DNA of 64,000 bases from a virus (taxonomy: Duplodnaviria > Caudoviricetes): IMG/VR virus record IMGVR_UViG_3300025640_001000. The stretch is one strand, 5' to 3'. The position numbers and the translations under genes are program-made. The notes under the pieces were generated by a model that searched no databases, was not told where the DNA came from, and saw nothing but the letters and a program-made list of their open reading frames with translations. Below are positions 8,801 to 19,210 of this stretch, one piece after another. Position 1 is the stretch's first letter, and the number at the start of each line of letters is the position of its first letter.

Positions 8801-10065
8801 CAACCGAACAACAATTAATTGTATCCTTTGATGATTTTGTAGATTCGTTGGAACTTGAACCAAAAATTGATTTTGCTACATACTCAGAACAACTTGGGGT
8901 TTTATATACCAATTATGCAAGAATGGATATGGATAGTATCACCAAACCTGCCTCACGATATAATGTAAAAAACTTTATTTTAAAGTATGGCAAAGCAGAT
9001 TTTCGTTATTATGTAACAAATCAGTTCATTGAAAGTTGCTATGATATGTTTGTAAAAAATCGTGAAGATACATTATACGACTGGTACTCACACTACATAG
9101 AAATTGACAATATTAAAAGTGGGTTGAACTTCTCGGTTGTTCCGTGTAAGGCCGGTAATTATTATGATGGAACACTCAATTTAGACACAAGTAAAATCCT
9201 TCGTAATATTAATTACAAAACGATGTATTCCACCAAACGACTGCATAAAAATGATTTTCAAGATTGTCAGAGTATTTTGAAGTGTTTATTCAAGTGGCAC
9301 TTGCTTCGTAATAGTTTTGTTGGTCCTGCGAGTTTTAATTTCTTTTTAGATAAAAATATGACTTCCGTGTGGAGTTCTGTTATGTCCACCATTTCAAAAC
9401 CAAGTGTTTTCAATCCGAATACATATGCGAGTATTTTGAACACAATTTTTAAAGGTACAAACTTGTTCGCACCAACGATGGGTTGGAATAGTTATCAACT
9501 TGCATATTATCAAACCAACTTTGAACAATTTGTTGCAACGGATGTTATATCAGATGTGGTTGATAATGGAGTAGAACTTCATAATTATTACGAATCAATG
9601 AAAAATCCGTTTTTAGATTATGGAAAGAAATCAGTTACATTATATGATTGTCCAAGTGAGAAACTACAAACCAATTTTAACTTTTGTGATGAATACAAAA
9701 ACAATTTTGATGCGGTTTTGTTTGGTCCTCCGTGCTTCAAGTTTGAAATTTACGAAGGAGCTCAACAAAGTGTTGCGAACTATGAAACATACACAGATTG
9801 GTTGAAATATTATTGGAAACCAACATTGGAAGTGTGTGCCGATGTAATGAAACCTGGTGCAAAATTAGGATTTGTAGTAAGAGATTATTCAGATTACTTT
9901 GGTTATAGTTATATGCTTTCTCAAGATTTAACCAAGTTTGCTGAAGAAATTTTCGGAAAATCCAAATCTTATAAAATAAAATTAAGTCAAATGAAAACCA
10001 AACGAAGTCCAAAGAAACTTGCTCTTGGTAATTACGAAACACTTTGTGTATATGAGAAAGGATAA
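8797..10065 (+). CDS. Phage amino-type (N4C/N6A) DNA methyltransferase-like protein with variant catalytic motif
   Basis: FAPTMGWNS (SAM-binding-like), VATDV, FDAVLFGPPCF at the SPPY position, MKPGAK. Confidence 0.65.
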   Translation: MTTEQQLIVSFDDFVDSLELEPKIDFATYSEQLGVLYTNYARMDMDSITKPASRYNVKNFILKYGKADFRYYVTNQFIESCYDMFVKNREDTLYDWYSHYIEIDNIKSGLNFSVVPCKAGNYYDGTLNLDTSKILRNINYKTMYSTKRLHKNDFQDCQSILKCLFKWHLLRNSFVGPASFNFFLDKNMTSVWSSVMSTISKPSVFNPNTYASILNTIFKGTNLFAPTMGWNSYQLAYYQTNFEQFVATDVISDVVDNGVELHNYYESMKNPFLDYGKKSVTLYDCPSEKLQTNFNFCDEYKNNFDAVLFGPPCFKFEIYEGAQQSVANYETYTDWLKYYWKPTLEVCADVMKPGAKLGFVVRDYSDYFGYSYMLSQDLTKFAEEIFGKSKSYKIKLSQMKTKRSPKKLALGNYETLCVYEKG

Positions 10066-10360
10066 TGCAAATATGGTTTCACTTAATCCAGAATACGGAA
10101 TAGAAGTAACTGCACTTGCCCAACTAGCAGATAGTGTCAAAGACGATAATCCAGAGCTTTATGCGATATTAACAGTTTTGATTGCATCTTTGCTCGGCAA
10201 AGACGAAAAAACACTACTTGATCATTGTAATCGTTATTTAGAAGAACAAGTATATTCTGACAATATCAAGCAACAAATAAACAAAATGTTAAAAGAATAT
10301 AAAGGTTATCAACTACCCGATGATAACGATAATCCACAAACTGGATTATGGGAATTTTAA
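10052..10360 (+). CDS. Hypothetical protein
   Basis: ORF in operon; start uncertain (10052 or 10073). Confidence 0.5.
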   Translation: MRKDNANMVSLNPEYGIEVTALAQLADSVKDDNPELYAILTVLIASLLGKDEKTLLDHCNRYLEEQVYSDNIKQQINKMLKEYKGYQLPDDNDNPQTGLWEF

Positions 10361-10363
10361 TGC

Positions 10364-10392
10364 TTGACTTTTTATAATAATTTAAGTAATAT
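10364..10392 (+). promoter_or_regulatory. Sigma70-type promoter
   Basis: TTGACT-N17-TAATAT; shares 21 identical nt (AATGCTTGACTTTTTATAATA) with the 2236 promoter. Confidence 0.75.
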
Positions 10393-10399
10393 ATAAACA

Positions 10400-10990
10400 A
10401 TGTATAACTATATTAAGTGTAAATATTCTCTTAACTTAACAGAGAATGAAATTTCTTCAATTGACCGTGACTGGACCACTATAACTTTTTTGTGTGATCC
10501 AATATTAGATAAGGTTGGTGAATTTTTAATCAGAGGCAACGGAGAGTTGTGTCATAATGTTACAGATTTTGAAAAAGTCGGTGACGATTGTATAGGCGAA
10601 CCGGGTGTCATATGGAACGGATCAGAATATGCCAGAGTAAAAAGTACCGAGTGGGTTCGTGTAAATTTTTCAGGTAAATTTACAATAGAGTCGCAGATAA
10701 TTTCAAAGTCAACTGATGCTGATATTAAAATTGAGTTTGAGTTTGAAAACGGTTATGTAGTTGATCATATTCCTAATATTGTTTTAATAGATAACTCAGA
10801 ACGACTTGAACATGACAAACGAATAAAACAACTTGCAATAAAACGAGCACATAAATTTAATTCAACTTCGTATAAAATGTACGAATGCATTGTCAAAAAA
10901 CCTTTAATTAAAATACTGCATGGAATTGGATATACTGGAAGTTATATGCAAGATGTGGCATGGAAACTAGAACGCAAACTAAACAAATAA
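10400..10990 (+). CDS. Hypothetical phage protein
   Basis: 196-aa ORF behind promoter. Confidence 0.65.
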   Translation: MYNYIKCKYSLNLTENEISSIDRDWTTITFLCDPILDKVGEFLIRGNGELCHNVTDFEKVGDDCIGEPGVIWNGSEYARVKSTEWVRVNFSGKFTIESQIISKSTDADIKIEFEFENGYVVDHIPNIVLIDNSERLEHDKRIKQLAIKRAHKFNSTSYKMYECIVKKPLIKILHGIGYTGSYMQDVAWKLERKLNK

Positions 10991-11254
10991 ATGAACAATA
11001 CAAATTCAACCGAAGCAACTGAAGAAAGCACGACAATGTCCACGTTTTCTGCATTCTTGGAATACGCACTCAACAAATATATGCCAATCGCACTTGTTTG
11101 TTTTATTTGCGTTTATACTCTTGGGTTTTCTACATGGGAACCGTATATTATAGTTGGTCTTATGTTATTTTCCAATGGTTACAACTTTAAGTGTGGTTAT
11201 ATTCATTCTGCTCTTGTCGGTACACTTGAAGACACTGAGGATGATACTTTATGA
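10991..11254 (+). CDS. Small membrane protein
   Basis: Two hydrophobic segments. Confidence 0.55.
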   Translation: MNNTNSTEATEESTTMSTFSAFLEYALNKYMPIALVCFICVYTLGFSTWEPYIIVGLMLFSNGYNFKCGYIHSALVGTLEDTEDDTL

Positions 11255-11463
11255 TAAATGTAATTGAAAATAGTAATGCACCTGTATGCAAATATAATTT
11301 AATTTCTTCTACAGGTGAGGTGCTTGAAAAAGCAAATCTCACCAAGTATGAAGCACACATAAAAAATTATGCGTTTAGGTTGAATCGTGTTGATAAATGT
11401 TACGAGTTGATATTCTGTGAAGATGATGCAACTGAAGAATCGGTGAAGTTGATACTTCCTTGA
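11251..11463 (+). CDS. Hypothetical protein
   Basis: ATGA-coupled ORF. Confidence 0.5.
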   Translation: MINVIENSNAPVCKYNLISSTGEVLEKANLTKYEAHIKNYAFRLNRVDKCYELIFCEDDATEESVKLILP

Positions 11464-11476
11464 TTTAGCAATACTG

Positions 11477-13393
11477 GTGGAAAACCATAAAGTAATATGT
11501 GCAGGCTGGGTCGGTCGGTTTGGCAATAAATGTCATTCTTATTTATATGGTAAGCATATAGAAAGTAAGTTCGGATCAAAGTTTTATATTCCAAGTAGAT
11601 GGGAAGGTTGTGCAATTTTTAAGAATCCTGCTCCTGTCGCAGATACAAACTTCAGAAAGTATTCATTTGTTTACGGAGGTGGATCAAAGAACACAAATGA
11701 GTTCACACGAAATCAAAAAAAACTTGAATTATACAACACAAAGTTCAACGACAATATTGAGTTGATAGATGCGTGTGATCAAACTTCCTATGGAAATACA
11801 AATTGTGCTTATATAAGTTTAGTATCCGATGCCGATTGGTTTTTTCGTGAAGTATCTTTGGGTGATATCAAGAAGTATCTTGCGTTTAGTGATGAACTCA
11901 AACGCACGGATATGTTCAAGTATTTTGAAGATGCACAAGGAACATATGATGTAGCACATTTCAGACGAACTGATATATCAAAAAAACACTATGTCGGTGG
12001 TCATAGTATGGTCAGCAAAAAAAGTTATTATGATGCGTTCAAGAAGTTTGATGTTGATCCCAATGAAATTGTATGGGTTTCAGATGAACCATCGTATGGA
12101 TATCGTTATGAAAAAGATATTCCTATCATAAATGGTCAACGGATATCTTGGTTACCAGATTTTCTTAAACTAGTATTCTCACGAAACCACTTTCGTTCTA
12201 ACAGTTCATTTAGTGTTTGGGCTGCTTGGATCGGCAACTCTAAGGTGTATTCACCTTGGTTGCATGAATACTCACCAGGAAAAGAGATTGACTTTGACTT
12301 CGTTTTAGGTAATCATCCTCATTGGATGGCCGTAAAAGGAGTTCATACTTGTTATCAATTTAATATTAAAAACGATTTGAAAGAAACCAAAATGGATAAT
12401 GTACAAATAAAAGAAAGAGTCGCAAAACCAATTGCAGAAAAACGAAAACGAATAATGATGGTTCATTGGAATGGTCGTTTCGGAAATCGTGTATTCAGTT
12501 ATATGTTCGGAAAAAGTTATGCTGATAAATTTGATATGGATTTTTATATACCAAGTGAGTGGGAAGGAAGTCGTTTGTTTGTAGACAAAGAATACAAGAT
12601 TATTGATGATGATGAACTTAGAATGTGTGTGAATCAAACTGATCCTAATTTTGATAACATCAATTTTAGAACCAAGTCTGTTTATGCGTATAACAACAGA
12701 ACCAACTCAAACATTCAGTTTATGAATCCTGACAGAGATTCTGACTTTGGAAAAACAGATGTATTTTTTGATAGTTTGTGTATCCACAACAAACAAGTAT
12801 TTGAATCGTATTCTAAAAAGAAGATTTTAAAGTGGTTGGAATTTACTGACGAAGTTAAAAATTTGGATATCTATAAAAGACTTGAAGATAAACAAGGAAC
12901 TTACGATATTGCTCATTTAAGAAGAGATGACATCAGCAATGCAAATTACAACAAAAAAAATCCACAGGCATATAGTGTAGTTAGTAAAGAAAGTTACATT
13001 GAAGCATTCAAAAAGTTTGACTTTGATGAATCAAAGATCGAGTGGACTACCGATGATTGGACTGGTAAATGGGGTGTAGGAAAACCACAACACGGAAGTG
13101 GTGGTTGGAAATATCCAGAAGGATCAAAAGATGTACCTAATATTATATTTGATTGGTTACCTGATTTTCTGAGATTGTATTTCGCACGAAACATTTTCAG
13201 AGGTAATAGTAGTTTCAGTTGGGTTGCAGGATTTTTAAGTCCATGTGCAACTGTATATTCTCCGATATTGCATCAAAGAAAAATATACCGCAATTCATCA
13301 GACGAAACAAAATTTGAGTTTGTAGAAGGAAATTGGCCACATTGGATGAATTTAAAAGGTTCATCTTGTGACGAAATACGTATAGAAAATTAG
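11477..13393 (+). CDS. Tandem two-domain GT11 (alpha-1,2-fucosyltransferase-like) glycosyltransferase
   Basis: Two copies of GRFGN ... H(F/L)RRxD ... NSSFSxW. Confidence 0.8.
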   Translation: MENHKVICAGWVGRFGNKCHSYLYGKHIESKFGSKFYIPSRWEGCAIFKNPAPVADTNFRKYSFVYGGGSKNTNEFTRNQKKLELYNTKFNDNIELIDACDQTSYGNTNCAYISLVSDADWFFREVSLGDIKKYLAFSDELKRTDMFKYFEDAQGTYDVAHFRRTDISKKHYVGGHSMVSKKSYYDAFKKFDVDPNEIVWVSDEPSYGYRYEKDIPIINGQRISWLPDFLKLVFSRNHFRSNSSFSVWAAWIGNSKVYSPWLHEYSPGKEIDFDFVLGNHPHWMAVKGVHTCYQFNIKNDLKETKMDNVQIKERVAKPIAEKRKRIMMVHWNGRFGNRVFSYMFGKSYADKFDMDFYIPSEWEGSRLFVDKEYKIIDDDELRMCVNQTDPNFDNINFRTKSVYAYNNRTNSNIQFMNPDRDSDFGKTDVFFDSLCIHNKQVFESYSKKKILKWLEFTDEVKNLDIYKRLEDKQGTYDIAHLRRDDISNANYNKKNPQAYSVVSKESYIEAFKKFDFDESKIEWTTDDWTGKWGVGKPQHGSGGWKYPEGSKDVPNIIFDWLPDFLRLYFARNIFRGNSSFSWVAGFLSPCATVYSPILHQRKIYRNSSDETKFEFVEGNWPHWMNLKGSSCDEIRIEN

Positions 13394-13427
13394 TATAAAT
13401 ACATACAAATCAATATTTATTGATTGT

Positions 13428-14204
13428 ATGAAGATATATTTTGCATCGTATGCAACCCATGATGCTATGGGTTTCTATAAAAACCAAGATTCGTTATCGG
13501 ATCAAGCATTAATACACGGAGGTGTTAATGAAGTTATTAAGTGTCGTGGAAATGATATCAAAGACTTTCTTGATATTGCAAACGATTTTATCAAAGCAGT
13601 TGAACCTGCTAAATATCCACGAATGCACAATGCTAAGTATTACGTGTGGAAATCATATTTCATAAAGGATTGTTTAAAAAAACTCAATCATGGAGATGTA
13701 TTGATATATCACGATGCTGGTAGAAATTGTTATCCTTACAAAATTGAATGTGAACTTCGTACTTTTTGTGAGTATGTTGTAAAAAAACACAAAGGCATTT
13801 ATGTAAACTTTGGACCATTTTGCAATCGTAGATTTACAAAACGAGAATGTTTTAAAGTTATGAATTGTGATGAAAACTATTATTGGGATAGCAGACAAGC
13901 AAATGGTTCTTGGGGAATTTACGAAAAAAATGATTTATCAATTAAGTTTGTTAATGAGTGGTATGATTATTGTATGCATCCAAGTATGATAGTTACTGAT
14001 GTTGAGAATGATACCGATACATTACCAAATTACGAAGCACATCGTCACGATCAATCTATTTTGACAAATATGTTGTTGAAATATGCAAAAGAACACAACT
14101 TGCCATTAGACCCAAAACTTCAAGGTAAATTACAAAAACCACACGGATGGGAAAAGGATATGTGTCTTGCAATTTCCAACTTCAAGAAGTCGGGATTAAT
14201 ATGA
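13428..14204 (+). CDS. Nucleotide-diphospho-sugar transferase-like protein
   Basis: YYVWKSYFI, GDVLIYHDAG, HRHDQSIL motifs. Confidence 0.7.
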   Translation: MKIYFASYATHDAMGFYKNQDSLSDQALIHGGVNEVIKCRGNDIKDFLDIANDFIKAVEPAKYPRMHNAKYYVWKSYFIKDCLKKLNHGDVLIYHDAGRNCYPYKIECELRTFCEYVVKKHKGIYVNFGPFCNRRFTKRECFKVMNCDENYYWDSRQANGSWGIYEKNDLSIKFVNEWYDYCMHPSMIVTDVENDTDTLPNYEAHRHDQSILTNMLLKYAKEHNLPLDPKLQGKLQKPHGWEKDMCLAISNFKKSGLI

Positions 14205-14863
14205 GGCAACCAGAATATAATTACATTTTTATTCATGTTCCAAAGTGTGCGGGTACGAGCATTGAAAATGCACTCAAAACAAATCAAATGCAGTGGTTTG
14301 GGTACGATAGAAAAATACAAGGATTTCTTCAGCATTTAACTTGTGCAGAAATTCTAGAACATAATTTTTTAACAAAACAAGAGTTTGATAAACACTACAA
14401 GTTTGCGTTTGTAAGAAATCCATTCAGTAGGTGTGTGTCTGAATACATTTGGCGAATCAAGCAGTTTGGAAATTTCATTAACACACCAATAAATGTAACT
14501 GAACTTGGTAACAACAAGATGATAACTGCAAATGATGTTCGTCAGATTTCGTTCAAAGACTTTGTGAAAAGAAATTTTCCTTGGCAAGAAATAAGTTTTG
14601 AACAACACATGAAACCACAAATAGAATTTACACACGATAGTAATATGAATTTAATGGTGGATTATGTTGGTAAGTTTGAGAATCTAAAACAAGACTTTGA
14701 TTACGTGTGTGATTGTATTGGAATTGAAAAACGAAATCTTCCACACAACTACAAAACCAATCACACGCATTACACCGATTACTATGACGATGAAACAATA
14801 AAAATAGTATCAGAAATGTACAGAGCAGATTTAGAAATATTTAATTACACATTTGGAGACTAA
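14201..14863 (+). CDS. Sulfotransferase (Sulfotransfer_2 family)
   Basis: HVPKCAGTS 5'-PSB; FVRNPFSRCVS 3'-PB; VGKFENL. Confidence 0.88.
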   Translation: MRQPEYNYIFIHVPKCAGTSIENALKTNQMQWFGYDRKIQGFLQHLTCAEILEHNFLTKQEFDKHYKFAFVRNPFSRCVSEYIWRIKQFGNFINTPINVTELGNNKMITANDVRQISFKDFVKRNFPWQEISFEQHMKPQIEFTHDSNMNLMVDYVGKFENLKQDFDYVCDCIGIEKRNLPHNYKTNHTHYTDYYDDETIKIVSEMYRADLEIFNYTFGD

Positions 14864-14866
14864 TTT

Positions 14867-15643
14867 ATGATAAGTGAAAATCACAAATTTATTTATGTTC
14901 ACATCATTAAAACTGGTGGAACAAGTTTAGAAAAGATTTTAAAACAACGTCATCCTGTGATGATAAAACATCCTCAAAAAATACGAGGTAACGTTTTTAA
15001 TGGAATACCAAGAGCTATTCCTCATTCAAAACCTCCTGTTTACGATTTTTCGTTGGTGGGTAGACGATCTGTTGATGTTAGTGTGATTGGTGCGAAAGCA
15101 ATGTGGGAATATGAACGAGAAAAAAAGTCACACATTTCTGCAAAACAATATAAAGATTTTTTGACCAAAGAAAACCGACTTGATATTTGGAATGATTATT
15201 TTAAATTCTCTGTTGTCAGAAATCCATTTTCATATATAGTGTCGGTATTTAAAATGCTAAATGGACCATACTTTGGTCGTGGAAAAAAACAACATTATGA
15301 AAATCAAATACCATCTGAATTTCCGGAATTTGTAAAACATCTCACGGATGAACGAAATCCGTTGTTTAGAAAAGAAGATCAGCATATGTGGACGCAAACC
15401 GATTGGTTGTGTGATGTAGATGGTAATGTTTTGGTTGATAAGGTGGGAAAAATGGAAACTTTACAAAAAGACTTTGGTGAAATATGCAAGAAGTTGAATT
15501 GGGATAACATAAAAGTACCTAGAATCAACGCATCAAAAATAAAAATTCCATATACAGATTATTATACAGATGAATTAATTGAATTGGTTGGTAATTATTA
15601 TTGTAATGATCTTATAAATTTTAATTACAAATTCGGAGAATAA
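14867..15643 (+). CDS. Sulfotransferase (Sulfotransfer_2 family)
   Basis: HIIKTGGTS; VVRNPF. Confidence 0.88.
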   Translation: MISENHKFIYVHIIKTGGTSLEKILKQRHPVMIKHPQKIRGNVFNGIPRAIPHSKPPVYDFSLVGRRSVDVSVIGAKAMWEYEREKKSHISAKQYKDFLTKENRLDIWNDYFKFSVVRNPFSYIVSVFKMLNGPYFGRGKKQHYENQIPSEFPEFVKHLTDERNPLFRKEDQHMWTQTDWLCDVDGNVLVDKVGKMETLQKDFGEICKKLNWDNIKVPRINASKIKIPYTDYYTDELIELVGNYYCNDLINFNYKFGE

Positions 15644-15646
15644 GTT

Positions 15647-16591
15647 ATGAAAACAATGAATGAAATAAATGAATTTTTGTTGCACGAAAATTATTACAAA
15701 CCAGGAGTTATGTTAAACGATCCACAACCTTTACCTGGACAATCTCAAGCAGTTTGTGTTTATCGTGAATTGCACAACAATACACTACCTGAGTTTACTA
15801 TGGTGTTACCGATTCATAATCAAGATGACATTATTGTCCGAAATATGAAAACCTATTTTCAGCACACAACTAGTTCTTATGAGTTGATTGTAATTCTTGA
15901 TAATTGCGTGGACAATACAGAACAAGAAGTAGTGAATTTATTAAAATCATTGGAAAGTAATCCTCCGTATGTCGGTGCAATGGTAATACGACAAGATACT
16001 CCAATTTATGAAACGAGTTGTGATAACATTGGATTTAGATTAGCAAGGGGTAAATATGCTTTGCAACTTCAACCTGATATGCAGATGGTTGAAACAGGAT
16101 ACAACGAAGCAATCGCACGACCTTTCAAAAAGTTTGATGATGTATTGGGTGTATCTGGAAGAGGATGTCACAAGTTTCGTCCTTGGCATGGCCCTGGAAA
16201 ACTTGGAATGAAAATGGAAAACCCACTAGAACCTCAATGGGATGCAAAACGAAATACTTTTTTTATCGGAGAAACTTGTATGAGAGGACCATTGTTGTTG
16301 CACATGGAAAAATTAAAAGTGATGAAGTATTGGGATGAGCATCATTTCTTTTTAGGCAAAGACGAACGTGATTTGTTTGCTCGTTCTTGGCATCAATTTA
16401 AATGGGTATGTGGATATGTACCGATGGAGTTTAAGAGTCCTGCGAGAGACGGTTCAACTCGCAAGAAAAAGAGTCCTCAAGACGCACATTTCAGAAAGAT
16501 TCGTCAGCAAAGATTTGGTCCTGGATTTTGGGGTGAATATATGCGTGACTATGAAACAAAAAAACGAGAAATAGAGGAACGTTCTCTGTAA
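15647..16591 (+). CDS. Glycosyltransferase family 2
   Basis: MVLPIHNQ, IVILDNCVDNT, GT-A fold. Confidence 0.8.
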   Translation: MKTMNEINEFLLHENYYKPGVMLNDPQPLPGQSQAVCVYRELHNNTLPEFTMVLPIHNQDDIIVRNMKTYFQHTTSSYELIVILDNCVDNTEQEVVNLLKSLESNPPYVGAMVIRQDTPIYETSCDNIGFRLARGKYALQLQPDMQMVETGYNEAIARPFKKFDDVLGVSGRGCHKFRPWHGPGKLGMKMENPLEPQWDAKRNTFFIGETCMRGPLLLHMEKLKVMKYWDEHHFFLGKDERDLFARSWHQFKWVCGYVPMEFKSPARDGSTRKKKSPQDAHFRKIRQQRFGPGFWGEYMRDYETKKREIEERSL

Positions 16592-17449
16592 ATGAACTTG
16601 AACATCAACAAAAGACAAGATAGAGTATTTGTTCTTGCGTGTGGTAAATCATGCGATGTCGTAGACTTTTTACCTTTTCTTAAAAACGAATATGTTATTG
16701 CAGTATCTCGTTGGTTGTTTTACGATAAATTTAATTTTGACTTTTATTTTGTAAACGATGCGGAAAAACTAATTCCAATAGCACACCGACACGGAGGAAT
16801 GGATGAACTCAAGCAATTCTTTTCGTCAGATTTAATAAAATGGACACGAGATGCCGACACGGATATTAAACAATTTGAGAAATATAATATCACATGGGGC
16901 AAGCATACATATGGAACATTTCCGTGGAATAAAATAAAATGGAATCTGAATCACGAACATTTATTGCAACCCAACGGAGAAATGTCGGTAGATAAACCAT
17001 CTGATCATTTTATGGATGCCAACTTCTCACGATATGAAATACCTGGAACTGGACACGGAACAGCGGCAAGATGTGCGATTGATCTTGCTTACTTTTTAAA
17101 ATTCAAAACTTGTTATTTAATGGGAATAGATACGTTTCCGATGGCAGGTGGAGGATATAGTGATCATATTTTAGATAAAGCAGTTGTACCTGCACGAAAG
17201 AAAACTCCTTACAAACGAAATATATTTTGGATTCAAACTATGTGGAAAAAAAGATATTCTCAGTACAAAGGAATGAAGGTACGAAGAGTTGTTCCGAAAG
17301 AAGTCTTTGCGTTGGAAAAACAAGAATCAAAAAATAATCCATCTGTTTTGACTCGTCTTGGAATGTTTAAAAATGTATTCTATGAAGATTTAATAGAAGA
17401 TTGCCCTCATGTTGTTGATGACATAAATTATCATTCATATGTTCCTTAA
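16592..17449 (+). CDS. Maf/DUF115-like putative nonulosonic acid transferase
   Basis: VFVLACGKS, IAVS, DFYFVND, AIDLAYFLKFKTCYLMGID. Confidence 0.6.
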   Translation: MNLNINKRQDRVFVLACGKSCDVVDFLPFLKNEYVIAVSRWLFYDKFNFDFYFVNDAEKLIPIAHRHGGMDELKQFFSSDLIKWTRDADTDIKQFEKYNITWGKHTYGTFPWNKIKWNLNHEHLLQPNGEMSVDKPSDHFMDANFSRYEIPGTGHGTAARCAIDLAYFLKFKTCYLMGIDTFPMAGGGYSDHILDKAVVPARKKTPYKRNIFWIQTMWKKRYSQYKGMKVRRVVPKEVFALEKQESKNNPSVLTRLGMFKNVFYEDLIEDCPHVVDDINYHSYVP

Positions 17450-17476
17450 TATGTAATATATATTATATTTATATGA

Positions 17477-18352
17477 GTGGAGATTGTTGATAAAAAGAAA
17501 GATAGAGTATTTGTTTTAGCCTGTGGAAAGTCGTGTGATTTAGTAAACTATTTAGACTTTTTACGTGGCGAATATGTAATCGCAGTATCACGTTGGTTAT
17601 TTTTCGATGGATATAAATTTGACTTTTATTTTGTAAACGATTCTGGTTTATTAATTAAATCTGCTAATCTTCACGGAGGTTTGTCGCAACTTAAAACATT
17701 TTGTAGTGGCAATAGTGCAAAATGGTTCAGAGATTCAGTAAAGGATAAAAATATAGAGTCGGCATTCGGACTCCAGATGGGCAATTATACATATAGAACT
17801 AATGGAATTGTAAAGTGTAGAACGAAACCAAATACAGAACCTTGGCAACTAAATGATGAAGAATTTCTAAATTCAAACGGAACGATGTCAGTTGAAAATC
17901 CATATGATCATTTTTCTCATGCAAATTTTTCTCAATATAAAATCAAAGGAACTGGATGTGGAACGGCAACTAGATGTGCAGTTGATTTGGCATATTTTCT
18001 TAAATTTAAAACTTGTTATTTAATGAACGTAGATACATTTCCGATTGAAGGAGCAGGGTACAGTAAACATATCTTAAAATATGCAGTTCCAGAAGCAAGA
18101 AGAACCACTCCATATATTAGAAATGGTTTTTTTGATGTAAGAACCTGGGGACATCGTTATACTCAATATAAAGGTATGAATTTACGAAGAGTTGTACCTG
18201 AGAATATGCTATCTCAAGAACTTGAAATCGCAAAGACTTCAAAAAAAGTGGCAAAAAATGTGGGAATGTTTAAAACTGTGTTGTATGAGAATTTGATAAA
18301 TGAAAATGAAACGGTTGAAGATTGTGTAACATATAACCACTATGTGGTCTAA
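17477..18352 (+). CDS. Maf/DUF115-like putative nonulosonic acid transferase (paralog of the previous gene)
   Basis: Co-linear similarity to 16592..17449 over the full length. Confidence 0.6.
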   Translation: MEIVDKKKDRVFVLACGKSCDLVNYLDFLRGEYVIAVSRWLFFDGYKFDFYFVNDSGLLIKSANLHGGLSQLKTFCSGNSAKWFRDSVKDKNIESAFGLQMGNYTYRTNGIVKCRTKPNTEPWQLNDEEFLNSNGTMSVENPYDHFSHANFSQYKIKGTGCGTATRCAVDLAYFLKFKTCYLMNVDTFPIEGAGYSKHILKYAVPEARRTTPYIRNGFFDVRTWGHRYTQYKGMNLRRVVPENMLSQELEIAKTSKKVAKNVGMFKTVLYENLINENETVEDCVTYNHYVV

Positions 18353-18383
18353 GAACATAATATATATTATATTTATAAAAACT

Positions 18384-19205
18384 ATGGGAGATGTAAAAAT
18401 TATTGCCGAGATCGGTATCAATCATAATGGTGATATAAACATTGCTAAAAAATTGATAGACGTTGCATCCGTTGCAGGATGCAACTATGTAAAATTTCAG
18501 AAAAGGACACCTGAGTTGTGTGTACCAGAAGAGCAGAAAAACAAAATGCGTGAAACTCCCTGGGGTAAAATTACCTATCTTGAATACAAAGAAAAAACTG
18601 AGTTTGGTAAAAAGGAATACGATGAAATAGCAAAATACTGCGAAGACCGTGATATAAAGTGGTTTGCGAGTGTGTGGGATACTGAATCAGTTGATTTCAT
18701 GAAAAACTACGTAGACATTACAAAAGTTCCGTCTGCGTTAATTACAAACGAAGAGTTGCTTAAATCAGCAAGGAACTCGGTTGGTTATTTTATGTTTTCA
18801 ACCGGTATGAGTACAGAAGAAGAAATTGACAAAGCAATAGAAATAGGAAATCCTGATTTGATTTTTCATACCAACGCAACTTATCCTTGTCCTGTTGATG
18901 AACTGAATATGAACTATATTGATTGGTTGAAAAGAAAGCACCCAACGAAAGAAATCGGATACAGTGGACATGAATTTGGATTAGTTCCTACTTTCGTAGC
19001 AGTTTCTATGGGAGTAACGTGGGTGGAACGACACATCACTTTAGACAGAACGATGTGGGGTTCTGACCACATGGCATCAATTGAACCAGGGGGTGTTATT
19101 AAAATGACTAAAGCAATTCGTGATATTGAAAAAACATTCGGAGAAAGTGGTCCTAGAAAAGTTCTTGGTGGTGAGTTAGAAAAACGAAAAAGTTTAAGGG
19201 GGTAA
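18384..19205 (+). CDS. neuB: N-acylneuraminate (nonulosonate) synthase family protein, short form lacking SAF domain
   Basis: AEIGINHNG, VKFQKR, IGYSGHE, ERHITLDR..GSDH. Confidence 0.92.
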   Translation: MGDVKIIAEIGINHNGDINIAKKLIDVASVAGCNYVKFQKRTPELCVPEEQKNKMRETPWGKITYLEYKEKTEFGKKEYDEIAKYCEDRDIKWFASVWDTESVDFMKNYVDITKVPSALITNEELLKSARNSVGYFMFSTGMSTEEEIDKAIEIGNPDLIFHTNATYPCPVDELNMNYIDWLKRKHPTKEIGYSGHEFGLVPTFVAVSMGVTWVERHITLDRTMWGSDHMASIEPGGVIKMTKAIRDIEKTFGESGPRKVLGGELEKRKSLRG

Positions 19206-19210
19206 CTGAT

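Noticed and set aside
13394-13401. Canonical T4 late promoter TATAAATA
   Set aside because: Only intergenic sense-strand copy I noticed; the recurrent TATTTAT at 13414 is better positioned
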